Source of the DNA: the human T2T-CHM13v2.0 reference genome, Homo sapiens
Length of the DNA: 64,000 bases
NCBI RefSeq assembly: GCF_009914755.1
Contig: NC_060932.1
Reading direction: 5' to 3' (one strand)
The notes under the pieces are model-generated. The model ran no database searches, had not been told where the DNA came from, and saw only the letters and a program-made list of their open reading frames with translations. Made by a program: the position numbers and the translations under genes. Positions 18,570 through 33,257 of this stretch are shown here, piece by piece (position 1 is the first letter of the stretch; each line of letters begins with the position of its first letter).

Positions 18570-21500
18570 CTACAAATCAATGTGCAAAAATCACAAGCAT
18601 TCCATACACCAATAATAGACAAAGAAAGAGCCAAATCATGAGCAAACTCCCAATCACAATTGCTACAAAAAGAATAAAATACCTAGGAATACAACTTACA
18701 AGGCAGGTGAAGGACCTCTTCAGGCAGAACTACAAACCACTGCTCAAGGAAATAAGAGAGGACACAAAAAAATGGAAAAACATTCCATGCTCATGGATAG
18801 GAAGCATCAATATAGTGAAAATGGCCATACTGCCCAAAGTAACTTACAGATTCAATGTTATTCCCATCAAGCTACCATTGACTTTCTTCACAGAATTAGA
18901 AAAAACTACTTTAAATTTCATATGGAACAAAAAAAAGAGCCCACATAGCCAAGATAATCCTAAGCAAAAAGAACAAAGCTGGAGGCATCACACTACCTGA
19001 CTTCAAACTATACTACAAGGATACAGTAACCAAAACACCCTAGTACTGGTACCAAAACAGATATATAGACTAATGGAACAGAACAGAGCCCTCAGAAATA
19101 ACACCACACATCTACAACCATCTGATCTTTGACAAACATGACAAAAACAAGAAATGGGGAAAGGATTCCCTATTTAATAAATGATGTTGGGAAAACTGGC
19201 TAGCCATATGCAGAAAACTGAAACTGAACCTCTTCCTTACACCATATACAAAAATTAGTTCAAGATGGATTAAAGATTTAAACATAAGACCTAAAACCAT
19301 AAAAACCCTAGAAGAAAACCTAGGCAATACCATTCAGGACATAGGCATGGGCAAAGCTTCATGACTAAAACACCAAAAGCAACTGCAACAAAAGCCAAAA
19401 TTGACAAATGGGATCTAATTAAACTAAAGAGCTTCTGCACAGCAAAAGAAACTATCGTCAGAGTGAACAGGCAACCTACAGAGTGGGAGAACATTTTTGC
19501 AATCTATCCATCTGACAAAGGGCTAATATCCAGAAGCTACAAAGAACTTAAACAAATTTACACGAAAAAAACCAAACAACCCTATCAAAAAGTGGGCAAA
19601 GGATATGAACAGACACTTCTCAAAAGAACACATTTACACAGCCAACAAACATATGAAAAAAAGCTCATCATCACTGGTCATTAGAGAAATGCAAATCAAA
19701 ACCACAATGAGATACCATCTCACGCCAGTTAGAATGGCGATCATTAAAAAGTCAGGAAACAACAGATGCTGGAGAGGATGTGGAGAAATAGGAACACTTT
19801 TACACTGTTGGTGGGAGTGTAAATTAGTTCAACCATTGTGGAAGACAGTGTGGCGATTCCTCAACGATCTGGAGCTAGAAATACCATTTGACCCAGCAAT
19901 CCCATTACTGGGTATACACCCAAAGGATTATAAATCATTCTGTTGTAAAGACACATGCATACGTATGTTTATTGCAGCACTATTCACAATAGAAAAGACT
20001 TGGAACCAACCCAAATGCCCATGAATGTTAGACTGGATTAAGAAAATGTGGCACATATACACCATGGAAAACTGTGCAGCCATAAAAAACAATGAGTCCA
20101 TGTCCTTTGCAGGGACATGGATGAAGCTGGAAACCATCATTCTCAGCAAACTAACACAGGAACAGAAAACCAAACACCACATGTTCTCACTCATAACTGG
20201 GAGTTGAACAATGAGAACATATGGGCACAGGGAGGGGAACATCACACACCGGGGCCTGTTGGGAAGTGGGGGGAAAGTGGAGTGATAGCATTAGGAGAAA
20301 TACCTAATATAGATGACGGGTTGATGGGTGCAGCAAACCACCATGGCACGTGTATACCCATGTAACAAACCCGCACGTTCTGCACATGTATCCCAGAACT
20401 TAAAGTACAATTTTAAAAAAAGATTGTTTCCACGTTTGAGTTATGATAAATAACAATGTGATGAACACTTGAGCATAAATCTTGGCCTGTCCATGAGGTT
20501 ATTTTATTTGGATAAGTAAGAAAAATACAATAGTACAGTTTTTCACACCATGTTTTAATGAGATACCACTTTCTATTCTCCCCCTTTTTTTGACATTCCA
20601 TGTCCTTTTATTCTTTGTGACCTTTCTTTACTGGGTGACTTTAGCAATTTCTGGATATGCTTTTGGGCTTCTGTCTTGTCTTATTTTGAAAGATTCTTCT
20701 GGGGATTCTATTTTCACTGAGTCATTTCAGTTGTCCTGGCCATTTGATTTGAGCTCTTAATCGAGAACAGCATTCTCTTGGTGCTGATGCAATCTCTTAT
20801 TATCTTATATCCTATTATACTTTACAAGTCATTCCCCAGGATCTTTCAGTACATAACTTGGATCTTACATTTTCGTCTTCTTCTAATACCCTTGCCTGTT
20901 CAAAGCATATATTAAAATGGGTAGAAAACAGCCTTTACAACACAAACCTGCACTTTCTGAACTCTTTTTCCATGGGAAATCCTTCATGCTTAGAGAGAAA
21001 GTACAACCTTGTATAATTCTTTTAGATCAGAGTTTCACTGGGGAACATGGCAGAGTTATTGAGATTTGCACTTATTAGCATCCAAGTTGTAGTTAAACAC
21101 CTTTCTATATTCAATGCTTGAGCAAAACAGGCCCACAGATCTATACCAGCTATCTCCCTATGGCTACGTTAAATGAAGCCAAATTTTAAAGTGTTAGAAA
21201 ACACAAAAAGATTTCAAACATATCCAAGGGATTTCATTTCTTAAGAATTCACACTTTACTCTGGCATTTTCAGGATCTGAAAAAAAAATCAGTTCAGAGG
21301 CTGTTCATTTCTTTGTTTGTTGGTTTGTTTGTTTTAAAACTCTGTGATTTAAGGGTCAGTGTCCTTTAGAAAGCTCCAGGGGGCATTCAGCCCCCAACAC
21401 TACATGGCTGCCACTGTTTCCACCACAGCTTCCCCATCCATTCTGCATGAGGGCTTACTAAATACCACTACAGGGACAGAGGTCCAGCGTGGTCCACAAT

Positions 21501-22104
21501 CAGTCCCATCAGCCTGGCATTCAGCAGAGTTTTAGACAAAATCAATGTTTCTCTGCCCTGCTATGAAACCTGCATAAAGAGACTTCCCCATGAATAAACA
21601 TATCTGATAAGATTACATAGATCATTCCACTGGGGGAAATTGAGGCTATTTAAAATGCAACCTTTCTCATCCTGCTGTAAACTCCACAGCATTCATTTTA
21701 TTGAGAAAATGAACTTGACCAGGGCTAAAATGTGGCCCAAATGTATCTGGATGATTATGGTTGTGTGAAAATATTGAAATATTTACTAACTGGTACTGTC
21801 TGTTTACAGTACCAATATCTGTTTCCAGCATACCTGGCCCCGGACATCAGGCCCCTCCCTAGACCCCTACCTCCCCATGATCCAGCAACTGGTAAAGAGT
21901 TAGCATCTGGCACAGAAGGAGCCTCTAGCTCCTTAATCTAGCAACACTGGGTCAGGGTCCATTTTGATTGATGATCTAGTTCAGGAGTAATAAATATTTT
22001 GAATATCTTCTTGAATGGGACTAATGTGTCAGCTAACCTCAAAAAAATCATGGAATATGTGTTTACTATAGTTTTAGTGGAGTGTTATTTTATTCTCACC
22101 TTCA

Positions 22105-22500
22105 ATTATACAACAAATGTTTATTAGGCACCTGCTCGGTGTTGAGCAGGGCACAGTCCTGGATGCTTACAATCTAGTAACAAAGAGAGGTAACTAAATA
22201 AATTTCAATCCTGTGTAAGAAGGCTACATAGAAGCAGGTACAGTGTGCTATGATAGCTCAGAGGAGAGGCCTTATACAGGTTTACAGGAGGAAGCAACGG
22301 TAAACATGAAACTTCAGGGGCAAGCCTACATAAGCCACGTTAATAGGGGTGGGGACGGGTGTTGTATGGGGAAGGTACAAGCACAGTAAACAGCCTACAG
22401 AAAGGCCTAGAAGCCAAAGAGAAGCAGGCAAGTTCAGGGAGCTACAAGGAGTTCCTTGGGGATGGACAGAGGGAAGTGATGAGAAAGAAGCTGTGGCGTT
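22105..22500. mobile_element. L2 fragment
   Basis: caacaaatgtttattaggcacc... L2 3'-end signature and purine-rich body. Confidence 0.55.
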
Positions 22501-22970
22501 AAGCCGAAGAATGAACTGCTTTTTCCATCTCACAGTTGCATCTAAGCTGAGGATGCACTGTAATTGGCTATTTTCATCCCTGGGTATCTTAGAGTACTTG
22601 TGGTAGCAAGCTATATTCAAGCTTGCCAAGGTTCTGCTGAGCATTTGACTCCTAAGACTGCTCTGGAGGTCTACTAAGATCCCCCTGCATGGTAAACCCA
22701 ACAGCTATGAAGAAGATATGCAGCAAGGGGCTGATAGTTCGTTCCAGGGGGACAGGGCCTCGCCAGGCTGATGGCTCCAGCATGGAGCCTAGCACCACAG
22801 GCACCCAGTGAAAATCTGTTGAATTAATACATGAATGGAGGCATGAATGGTAGGTAATAAGTGACAGTGACAGTTTTTAAGATGATGTTCTCAATAAGTG
22901 CATCACAAATACTTGACTCAGTGATCACAACAACTCAATAGTCACTGCTTCCATTTCAGAGTGATACTTT

Positions 22971-23275
22971 GGCCGGGCACAGTGGCTCACATCTGTAATC
23001 CCAGCACTTTGGGAGGCCAAGACAGGAGTTTTGAGACAAGCTTGAGCCCAGGAGTTTTGAGACAAGCTTGGGCAACATAAGGAGATCCTGTCTCTACAAA
23101 ACATTTTAAAATTAGCCAGATATGGTGGCACATACCTGTAGTCCCAGTTAGTCAAGAGGCTGAGGTGGGAGGATTACTTGAGCCCAGGAGTTGGAGGCTG
23201 CAGTGAACTATGATCATGCCACTGCACTCTGGCCTGGGTGACAGAGAGAGATCCCATCTCTTAAAACAAAAAAAA
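22971..23275 (+). mobile_element. AluJ with an internal 22-bp duplication
   Basis: caggagttttgagacaagcttg at 23023-23044 and 23049-23070; degenerate TSD agtgat(a/g)cttt. Confidence 0.88.
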
Positions 23276-23502
23276 GAAGTGATGCTTTTAACATATTTTA
23301 AGAGAAAAGATAAACACTTTACTAATTGTCTCTATCTCCAAACTGTCCTCATTGCTTGTTTTTCAAAGCCTGGAATGTGTGATGAGAGCCTTGCCACCAT
23401 TTCACTCTTTTCTTCATCCATTGCCTCTTGTTCCTCAACCCCCTCTGGCTCCTCTTCCTCCTCATTCTTAAGTGGCTGGCATTCTAGAATTACCAACTCT
23501 TC

Positions 23503-23606
23503 CTAACTTTCCAGAATGTTTGTGGTTTTAGCATTGAAAATCCACATCCCTGGATACTTTTCTTCCCCAGCCCAATCCTGGCAAACTGGAAAGGTTTGTC
23601 ACCCTT
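23503..23606. mobile_element. MER94-like hAT relic
   Basis: ttttagcattgaaaatccacatccc...ggcaaactggaaaggtttgtcaccct. Confidence 0.4.
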
Positions 23607-24569
23607 CTGGTAAACAGCTTCTTTTCCAGCTGGATAAACTCTGAAAACAATGGGACACTTCAGTCACCTCAATGGCAGGAAATTATTATGGAGGACAATT
23701 TCCAAAGCCTCACATAAATTCACATAAATCTGGCAGTGAACAAGCAGGAAATGGCACTCTAAGAAGGAACAGCATCTGCAAATGTATGGAGGTTATTCTG
23801 ACTGAGTGAAACAGAAGTCCAAAGAACATCAGGAGGGCTGAAGGGAGGAAATCAAGAGATTTCTAATTTTGAAGACAGATTTTTCAGTAACAAAATACCA
23901 GATATTCTTGTGTTAATGTACAACTAATAGCTGCTGAAAAGAAACCCTTTTGAATGCCGGTTTAGATTAGCTGTGCTCTGACTCTCATCTATTGCTGGAA
24001 ATAATCAGAAATTTGCAGAACTTCCCACTATTCCCAAGGGTGAGTGTGGTCTGGATCCGGTCCTATCTATCACACTCATCCTGTTCATTCCTACTGTTAA
24101 CGTGAATAAATAAGCAATCTGATGTGACTAAACATCACCATGAGCTGCTTGATATAGCAAAGGGCTAATTTATTTTTGATCTACCACTGATGTATAAACA
24201 TCTGACTCAGAGCATCTCGCCTTCTCTCCAGGGGCTCAAGCAGCTAAGTTGATGAAACACCTGACTGTTATGCAGCAGAACTTGGATTCATTTTGTCTCT
24301 CTTCTTTTCTAACTCTTCACTCTAAACATCTGTTTTCCCCTGTGGAAGCACGAGTTCATCAGCAGAACAACATAGCAGTCCTATATATAACAGTATTCTT
24401 GGCTATGATACTTCAATGTGTATGTCAAGGTCTTCTACTCACTATAGCTTCCTTGACTACCCTGATAACCAAGAAACTTCCACTTGTGTTTCTTTGTGTC
24501 ACCAGAGTCCACCAAAATACTTCCTCATCATTTGCACCACACTGAATTGTGCTGGCTTTGCATAGGGGA

Positions 24570-24960
24570 CATTGTTGCTTGCCTACAAAATCCCATTCCC
24601 CCTTCTTCTTTCCTAACAGAACCACAGTTTTGTTCAGGTGCCACACAGCCAAGTGCCTCAAGGGAAGATGACTCATTCCAGCTAAAGGCAATCCTTCTAA
24701 CGGTGATACTACTCCTGTGGAGTGATTGGCTCAGGCACAGGGATATAACCCAGGGATGGCCAATGAGATGCAAGAGGCTGGAGCTTCTCTCATTCTTAAT
24801 AAAAAGCCACTGGGAGACCAGATGGGTTGTCTTTCCAGATGTTAACCCTGCCTGAAATTGTTGCAGCCATGTTGCTGCCAGGCAGATGTAGCCAACACTG
24901 AAGATGACAGAACAGAGGCAGAAAGAACCAGATACCAGACCATAAGCTTCTGGTCAAGGT
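24570..24960 (+). mobile_element. Old MaLR LTR (MLT1K/L-like)
   Basis: cccattcccccttcttc...gtgattggctcagg...ggccaatgagatg...ttgcagccatgttgc pattern. Confidence 0.55.
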
Positions 24961-25689
24961 TTTTATCCTACAATACTCCTCCTAGACACTTTCCTGAAGG
25001 ATGATTTTTGGGTGTGGCAGGTAGTGAGTAAATGCCCTAGACTTATTTCTCGGAACTAATTCCACTCAACTAATTTAGTACTAATCTGAAAATTATTTTC
25101 ACTAATTTGCAGCAGCTAAAGTCATGGTTTACTCCGATATTCTTAGACAATATTCATTATTGGCAGATAATAAGATATTTAAAGGGAAAAATGGGAAAGG
25201 AAGTAATAATATCATTGATGAAGATAAAAGGAAAATAGGAGCTGAAAGTGAAAAAGAAAAATATAATAAGTAAAGACCTTTGAGAGTTCTTCTCTCTCGT
25301 TAATAGGAGAATTCTGTCATTGGAAACATACACTACAATGGAAAAACCCTAGTGATGGGAATGGAAGTAAACTTGCATAAGAAAGATGGATAGCAGACAT
25401 GACAGAACCAACTGGGATCCAAAGAATAGTACATGTGGCTGTCATTTAACCCTTGACCAAATGGTAGAATTGTAAAAATAAGAAAATTGGACAGAAGTTA
25501 CTATAAGTATTCACTGATCATGGATATTAAAAGCCATGAGATATCCTTTGTGTATGAGATTATATTATTGCATCATGATCAACAAGATGATTTTTCAAGC
25601 TACTTTTTCAATATGACAGAGAACTGGCACTGAGCCAGCTTCACCTAATTATCCAGTGCCTCTTTGAAAATAGTTGACCAAAGAGGGAT

Positions 25690-25840
25690 GTGCAAGTTTT
25701 TGATTGTCTCTAAGTCTCAGGTACCTTACCTGTAATTAGAGACAATACATAATTCAAAGGTCTGTGAAGAGAATGAAAAAGATGGTATATGTGAAGCACT
25801 GAGCAAGTGTTTTGCACACTGAAAGGTCTCAAATATTTAA
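25690..25840. mobile_element. MIR
   Basis: tctctaagtctcaggtaccttacctgtaa...gtatatgtgaagcacttgagc. Confidence 0.5.
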
Positions 25841-26112
25841 GTTCCCTTTCCTTTGTCCTCCCACTCCTGACACAACTGAAAGGGTCATTGCTCCCTTGGA
25901 GTATGTGTGAAGTCTGCCTTCTAATGAGTAATTAGAGGCATAAGGATAGAGACCTATTTGATTTGGGGCTGCCTCCTGGACTCAGCCACTTCCCACAGAT
26001 GGCTGTAGGCAGAATTGCAATTCACCTCCAGTCTTAGCAGCTTATTTGACTCAGAGTCAAGTGTTCCCCCAAAGAATTACCATTGTATGGCCTAAGAAAG
26101 TACTTATCCCAC

Positions 26113-27103
26113 TGACGGCAGCAGCTGCTGCCATCACACTGGCTACAGGAGGGAGGCGTGACTGGGGCTGCACACTCCATGGAGCCGGTGGAAGTCCCAC
26201 CCCTTCTGGGTGGCGGGTCTACAGCCACCCAAACTGTGGCTGTGGATCCAAGCCTGTGCTCATGTAGGGGGCCAGGAGCAGGCAAAATCTGACCTCCTAG
26301 GTGCAGCTGCAGCTTCAGGATCCATGGCTGCAGACCTTGGCCTCTAGCTCCAAGGAGCAGGCAGGAGCCGGGGACAAGCAAAAACCCCACCCCTTCCAAG
26401 TTGGCAGGGCAGGAGCTCCCTGGGTACAGCTACGGCCTGCCCTCCCAGGGCCAGGACCTGGACATCTCTGCAGCCTGCATCCTGGGGGAACGGGAAGCCC
26501 CTCCCCACAGTCCCTGCTGGCTTGGGGGTATCTGCTCCCACTGCCTGGCCTCACAGTAAGGCTGGGGCCAAGCCCAGGGCCTTGAATGGCAGTGGGAGGC
26601 AGAGTCCTGGGTGGAAGCAGTGGGTCCCCCAGAAAGGCTCCACCTTCAGTCCAGGGAAGGCCCGAAGGCTGGGGGCCAGGCTGCCAGTCCTGCCGAGGGG
26701 AGTGAGGACTTGTGGGTCTCCTCTGGGCCCACCCATGGCTGCCCATGGACCAATCAGCAGGCACTTCCTCCCCTCTGAGCCCCATAAAAGCCCCAGGCTC
26801 AGCCAGAGCAGGGCAGAGGGCAGAGGACAGAGAGACAACAGGTGGACCAGCTGCAGAGAGGAGCTACCCTCTCTGCTGAGAGCTAAACACTTGACGGGAT
26901 GACCTGCCTACAGAGAGGAGCTACCCATTGCAGGTCTCCTCTGAGCTGTTCTGACACTAAATAAAACTTATCTTCATCTTCTTCACCCTTTACTTGTCTG
27001 CATACTTCATTCTTCCTGGACACAGGACAAGAACTCAGGCAAAGGCGCCACCAGCTACAGAGGTTTCCAGGAAGAAAATTGACACCCCAAAGATCCCATA
27101 ACA
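26113..27103 (+). mobile_element. MER52-family ERV1 solo LTR
   Basis: Starts TGACGGCAGCAGCTGCTGCC and ends ...cccataACA; GC-rich U3, CATAAAA promoter box near 26783, AATAAA near 26959; degenerate 4-bp TSD ccac/acac. Confidence 0.82.
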
Positions 27104-27298
27104 ACACTATAGTGTAGTCATTTATATGACTTTCTTTACTACTAGACTGGAAATTGCTAGAGGGAATTCCTTTCTGTAACCAAGAGCCTCACACAGAACC
27201 TGAACATAGAAGATGCTCAGTAAGAAAGGGAGAAAGGAATGGAAAGAAGGAAGATGGAGGCAACAAACAACAGAATGGGCAATGCTTAGCTTCTAGAC

Positions 27299-27621
27299 CA
27301 CTGCTGTCTGGTATAAATGTAATGCAAACCCTAAGTGTGAACCATGTGTGTAATTTTATATTTTTTAACAGCCACATTAAAAAGTAAAAAGAAACTAGAT
27401 TAATATTTAATAATATATTTTACCTAGCAAAATGTATCCAAAATATTATCATATCAATATGTAATCAATATAAAAAATTATTGTGAGATTTTAGAATTTT
27501 TGTATTGTCTTCCAAATCTGCCATATATTTTACACTCATTGAACATCTCAATTTGGACTGGACATACTTTAAGTATTTGACAGCCACATGGGGCCAGAGG
27601 CTTCCATATTGAACAGTGCAG
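27299..27621. mobile_element. MER33-like hAT-Charlie element
   Basis: agccacattaaaaagtaaaaagaaac core; 8-bp TSD (T/C)TCTAGAC at 27291-27298 and 27622-27629. Confidence 0.8.
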
Positions 27622-28399
27622 CTCTAGACTCTACATACCTTCTCACTGTCTTCTCCATTTCAGAAGCCCTGCCTTCCCCAGCTGGAGCTCCACCTACTTA
27701 AAGGTGTCCAGCTCCTCCCGACTAGCCACTTAACTATCCAAGTTAAAAACATTCCTAATTCACTCTGACTTACAAAATGTACCATCCCATCTCCCAGATT
27801 CCTGCCCTAAAATGCCACTTAGTTTGGTGTTATTAAGTGCCAATCAATTTAAGTAGCTAATATTCCCAAGTAACAGTCTGGTTTTTAACATGTTTTAGGA
27901 AGGAAGACATTTTCTTCCCATTAAAGGCTTTACACATATCCTATATTGGAAAAAAAATGTGACTACGAACTTCGATGAAGGCACTTCAGAATGTCCCTGG
28001 CACACCCAAAGATGTGGGTGAAATATAATACTTTGGTCCAGGACTCACTGAATACAGAAACTATCATCTGTCTTCATGTCCGCAGTGCCAAGCACTGTGT
28101 CTGGCACAAAGAGAGCACACTAAATATTGGTATTATATGTCATTAAAATTAGTTGAGAAACACAAGTGAGAGTTCCATCAGAGCTAGTTAAGGTTACCCA
28201 GCAAGGAAAAGAAATTCATGAGGCATGACTAATGGCGTTCTTGGGTTTTTAAGTCAAAGAGTCAGTATTTTATTAGAAAGTGGAAAAAACAAAATGACAT
28301 AATGGGAAAGAAATAAAATGGCAAAAGTCCCTTAAAGTCCATGGATCAGAGAGCAGAGCATTTATGACTAATCTTCAGGGATTGTGGGGGAGGATATTT

Positions 28400-28960
28400 A
28401 CACATTCATTCAACAAATATTTCTTAAACTGCTATGCGCCAGGCTCTGTGCTTGGCAGAAGTCACACAAATGTAAGACATCGTTCCTAACCTAAAGGAGC
28501 TCTAGACTTGAGAATAGACAGGCATGAAAAATAAACAGCTTCCTACCTTATGATGTGATGAAAGCTATGCTATAAGGGAGATATTTGCAAAGAGGAATGG
28601 GGTCAAAGAGGAAGGAGGGACTGTTTAGGGAGTTTCAGGATAGCTTCATAAAGGAAGGGAAAATAAGACCTTGAGAGATCAGTAGGTTTCTGCAGGCAAA
28701 TTTAACAACAAGTGCAAAGACAGAGGAAAGAAAATACATACAGAATATTCTAGATAGGAGAGTAATGCAGTGTAACTGGAGCACAGCACTGCATGAAAAG
28801 TGGAGAGTAGCAGGAGATGATATTGAAAAAGCAGACTGAGCTCAAATCACAAAGGACCTTGCAATGCTCTGCACAGGGATTTGGACTTTAGCCTAAAGTC
28901 AAAGTGGATCCACCCCAAAGTTCTAAGCAGATACACGATAGGAAAGAATTTCTCTGCCTA
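28400..28960. mobile_element. L2a fragment
   Basis: cattcattcaacaaatatttc...gccaggctctgtgct L2 terminus. Confidence 0.65.
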
Positions 28961-29332
<372 letters not shown>

Positions 29333-29397
29333 AGAAATCATGACACATTCTATTTTTTTCTAGCCAGTGACTAACAATTTTAAGATAGTGGCTTTTC

Positions 29398-30604
29398 AGA
29401 ACTCAAACAAATTTACAAGAAAAAAACAAACATCCCCATCAACAATTGGGCGAAGGATATGAACAGACACTTCTCAAAAGAACACATTTATGCAGCCAAC
29501 AGACACATGAAAAAATGCTCATCATCACTGGCCATCAGAGAAATGCAAATCAAAACCACAATGAGATACCATCTCACACCAGTTAGAATGGCAATCATTA
29601 AAAAGTCAGGGAACAACAGGTGCTGGAGAGGATGTGGAGAAACAGGAACACTTTTACACTGTTGATGGGACTGTAAACTAGTTCAACCATTGTGGAAGAC
29701 AGTGTGGCGATTCCTCAAGGATCTAGAACTAGAAATACCATTTGACCCAGCCATCCCATTACTGGGTATATACCCAAAGGATTATAAATCATGCTGCTAT
29801 CAAGACACATGCACATGTATGTTTATTGCGGCACTATTCACAATAGCAAAGACTTGGAACCAACCCATATGTCCATCAATGATAGACTGGATTAAGAAAA
29901 TGTGGCACGGCTGGGCGCGGTGGCTCACGCCTGTAATCCCAGCACTTTGGGAGGCCGAGGCGGGCGGATCACAAGTTCAGGAGATCAAGACCATCCTGGC
30001 TAACACGGTGAAACCCCGTCTCTACTAAAAATACAAAAAATTAGCCGAGCATGGTGGCAGGCGCCAGTAGTCCCAGCTACTCAGGAGGCTGAGACAGGAG
30101 AACGGCGTGAACCTGGGAGGCGAAGTTTGCAGTGAGCCAAGATCGGGCCACTGCACACCAGTCTGGGCGATAGAGCGAGGCTCCGTCTCAAAAAAAAAAA
30201 AAAGAAAAGAAAAGAAAATGTGGCACATATACATCATGGAATACTATGCAGCCATAAGAAAGGATGAGTTCATGTCCTTTTTAAGGACATGGATGAAGCT
30301 GGAAACCATCATTCTCAGCAAACTATTGCAAGGACAGAAAACCAAACACCGCATGTTCTCACTCATAGGTGGGAATTGAACAATGAGAACACATGGACAC
30401 AGGATGGGGAACATCACACACTGGAGACTGTTGTCGGGTGGGGGGAGGGTGGAGGGATAGCATTAGGAGATATACCTAATGTAAATGACGAGTTAATGGG
30501 TGCAGCACACCAACATGGCACATGTATACATATGTAACAAACCTGCATGTTGTGCACACGTACCCTAAAACTTAAAGTATAATAAAAAAATTAGAAAAAA
30601 AAAA
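29398..30604 (+). mobile_element. 5'-truncated L1PA4/5-like insertion containing an AluY
   Basis: ORF2 C-terminus, 3'UTR and poly(A); perfect 16-bp TSD AAGATAGTGGCTTTTC at 29382-29397 and 30605-30620. Confidence 0.94.
29909..30211 (+). mobile_element. AluY inserted near the 3' end of L1 ORF2
   Basis: TSD AAGAAAATGTGGCAC at 29894-29908 and 30212-30226; AluY diagnostics accatcctggctaacacgg. Confidence 0.94.
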
Positions 30605-30650
30605 AAGATAGTGGCTTTTCTGTCCGCCTGGGTTCCTGAGTGATTACAAT

Positions 30651-31102
30651 TGAGGTAGGAGGCAGGACTCAACTCCAGACCAGATTAAAGACTGACTGAA
30701 ACATGGAAGTGGCGCTGAAAGCACCTCTCCATAAGATGTGCCCACCAGCACCATGACAGTTTACAATTGCCATGGCAATACACAGAAGTTACCACCTCTT
30801 CCCATGGCAACTAGCAGGAAGTTTTCACCCTTTCTCTAGAAATTTCTGAATAACCCACTGCTTAATTGCATATGATTAAAAGTTGGTATAAATATGACTG
30901 CAGAACTTCCCTGAGTTGCTGCTCGCAGCACACTGCCTATGAGGTAGTCCTGCTCTGCAGGAGCAGTGACCAAGCTATAACACCACCTCCTCAATAAAGC
31001 TGTTTTCTTCTACCACCAGCTTGCTCTTGCATTCTTTCCTGAGCAAAGCCAAGAACTGTCCTGGGCTAAGCCCCAGTGTTAGGGCTCACCTGCCCTGCAC
31101 TG
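30651..31102 (+). mobile_element. ERV1 solo LTR (MER66-like)
   Basis: Starts TGAGGTAGGAGGCAGGACTC; TATAAATA, AATAAA; ends gggctcacctgccctgca; degenerate TSD caat/cagt. Confidence 0.7.
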
Positions 31103-31514
31103 CAGTGAGCAGAGCCTTCCTGCTGAATGACAGTGGATTTGTAATGGGAGTAAGAATTAAGACTTTGTTGTCTTAGCCACTTTGATTTGCAGGGGCTTTC
31201 TTATTACTGCATAAAAGCTGCAGGCTATCTTGACTGATAGAGCAGGAGACCAGCATGATGAGATTTATATTTTTAAAAGATAATTGAGACAATATGGAGG
31301 ATGGATTAGAAGTAGTAGAGGAAGTTAATTACAGGCACAAAACCAATACAGAGATATTGCAATACTCCAGGAAAGAGATAATAAAGGCCTAAAATAAGAG
31401 CAATAACAGTGGAAGTGAAGAAAATGAGTTATATTTAAGAAATATTTACATTGCAATATCAACAATATTACATTGCAATATCAAAGAATATAGTGATTAT
31501 CAAAATGTGCTATA

Positions 31515-32059
31515 TAGATTTTTTTTCACCTATTCCTATGTAAAAATTACCCCAAAACTTATTGACTTAAAACAATGATAAAAGACATTATCTCACAGTT
31601 TCTGTGGGTCAGAAAGTTCAAGAACAGCTTAGCTGGTGGTCCTGGCTCAGGATTTCTCATGAGGTTGCAGTCAAGATTTTGGCCAGGGCTGCAGTCATCT
31701 GAAGGTTTGACTGGGGCTGGAGGATCCACTTCCAAAATGGTTCACTTCTATAGCTGGGAAGTTGATGCTAACTGTTAGCAAGAGGCTTCCGTTTCTTATC
31801 ATATGGACCTTTCCATGAGGCTGCTTGAATGTCCTCATGATGTGGCAGCTGGCTTTACCCAGAGTGAGTGACCCAAAAGAGAATATGGTACAGTGGCAAT
31901 TTCTCTTATGGCCTAGCCTTAGAAGTCACACACCACGACTGCTTGTATATTCTTTGGCCATAGTGACCAAACATGATGCACTGTAGGAAGGGCCCCTAAA
32001 AAGAGGTGAATATAGGAGGTAAGGATCATGAAGGGCCAGCTTGAAGCCTGACTACCACA
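31515..32059 (-). mobile_element. MLT1 LTR (MLT1F-like)
   Basis: aaattaccccaaaactt...tctcacagtttctgtgggtcag...gactaccaca. Confidence 0.75.
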
Positions 32060-33230
32060 ATGAACAAGATGGAAATAAAGAAGCTGACTGACTCTGAGAC
32101 TTCTAGCTTAAATGATTCAATGGTCAGATTAAGCAAGATACAGAAAGGAGGTGGGGGGACCAGTTTGGGAAGGGAGAAAGCAGATCATTAGTTCTATTTT
32201 GGAACTGACATGGGGAGGAGCCTCGAAGACACGCAAACAGAGATGCCTAATTGTTAAATAAGCAGCTACTAAGAGAGGGCTGATAACTTAGGAATGAATA
32301 CTATCTGAGTGGTGGGAGGAGCAAAGGCAGAAAATAATATGGCCCAGGAAGTATATACAGAAAAAAGAGGGAAGAAACTAAACAAAACACCAGGAATGGA
32401 TCCTTATGAAGAGATTCTTATATTTTTAAGGGAAGGGGGAAAGAGGAAAAGTCAGTAAATGGCACAGGGCAGCAGGACTCAGGGAAGGAATCAGAGAATG
32501 GGTGTTGTCTGGATCGGGAGGCTATGGTGGACAGTTCTGTGAGTTTCAGCAGCAATGCCACATGACATAAAGCAGTCAAGCAATGTGAAAACTGAGACAA
32601 GCCCACTGGATTTCAGAGATACAGTGCGTGGCCATATGGTAAGTATCTCAGTGGAGGTGGGATGGTATTGCTCACCTAAATGCATAATTTCACCATTGAA
32701 AGATTAAACTCTTCCTCTCATGCAATAGAGGTGGCTTCCCTCATAACAGGCCCACAGTATAACACCTTGAGGACAGAACAACCACAGCCCACCCATGATG
32801 TAAGAACTAGTCCACACAGCAATGGAAAACTCCTTTCATCATGGGTCTGTCATGAGCATATCTATTGTGAATGGAGCATGAATGGGTCAGAGAAAGAACA
32901 ATTTCTTCTTCCCAAACAACTTTGCCTTCATGAAAAGCTTAGGTTATTGATGAATTTCTTAGGGCAACCATATTGCTTGGTAGCTACTCTATGGATCTAG
33001 GGTTATAGGATAGGAAGTCCCAAACCCAGAATCGCAGGATTTGAAAATCGTAAGAAGAGATAATCTTGATGAATCTTCTTATTTTAAAGATAAAAGAAGA
33101 CCTAGTAAGATTAAGCTATTTGGTCAAGGTAATTTTTTTTTTTTTTTTGCTATGATTGGGTCCTAGCTTTCTGGCTGACTGCTTCTCATCCAGAACCCTT
33201 TTAACTCATTCACATTTCTTCACATTATTT

Positions 33231-33257
33231 TACACACACATACACACACACACACAC
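33231..33257. repeat. (CA)n microsatellite
   Basis: tacacacacatacacacacacacacac. Confidence 0.85.

Noticed and set aside
26034-26902. Cluster of overlapping 95-156 aa ORFs or a CpG-island gene
   Set aside because: Explained by the GC-rich, stop-poor MER52 LTR, which is CpG-depleted
29398-30604. Segmental duplication of 6393-7600
   Set aside because: Homology stops at the L1 boundaries, the copy has its own perfect TSD and poly(A), and the L1 bodies differ at subfamily-type positions
31441-31485. Short tandem duplication aatattacattgcaatatcaa and similar 8-10 bp duplications near 4631 and 23711
   Set aside because: Ordinary slippage products with no further structure
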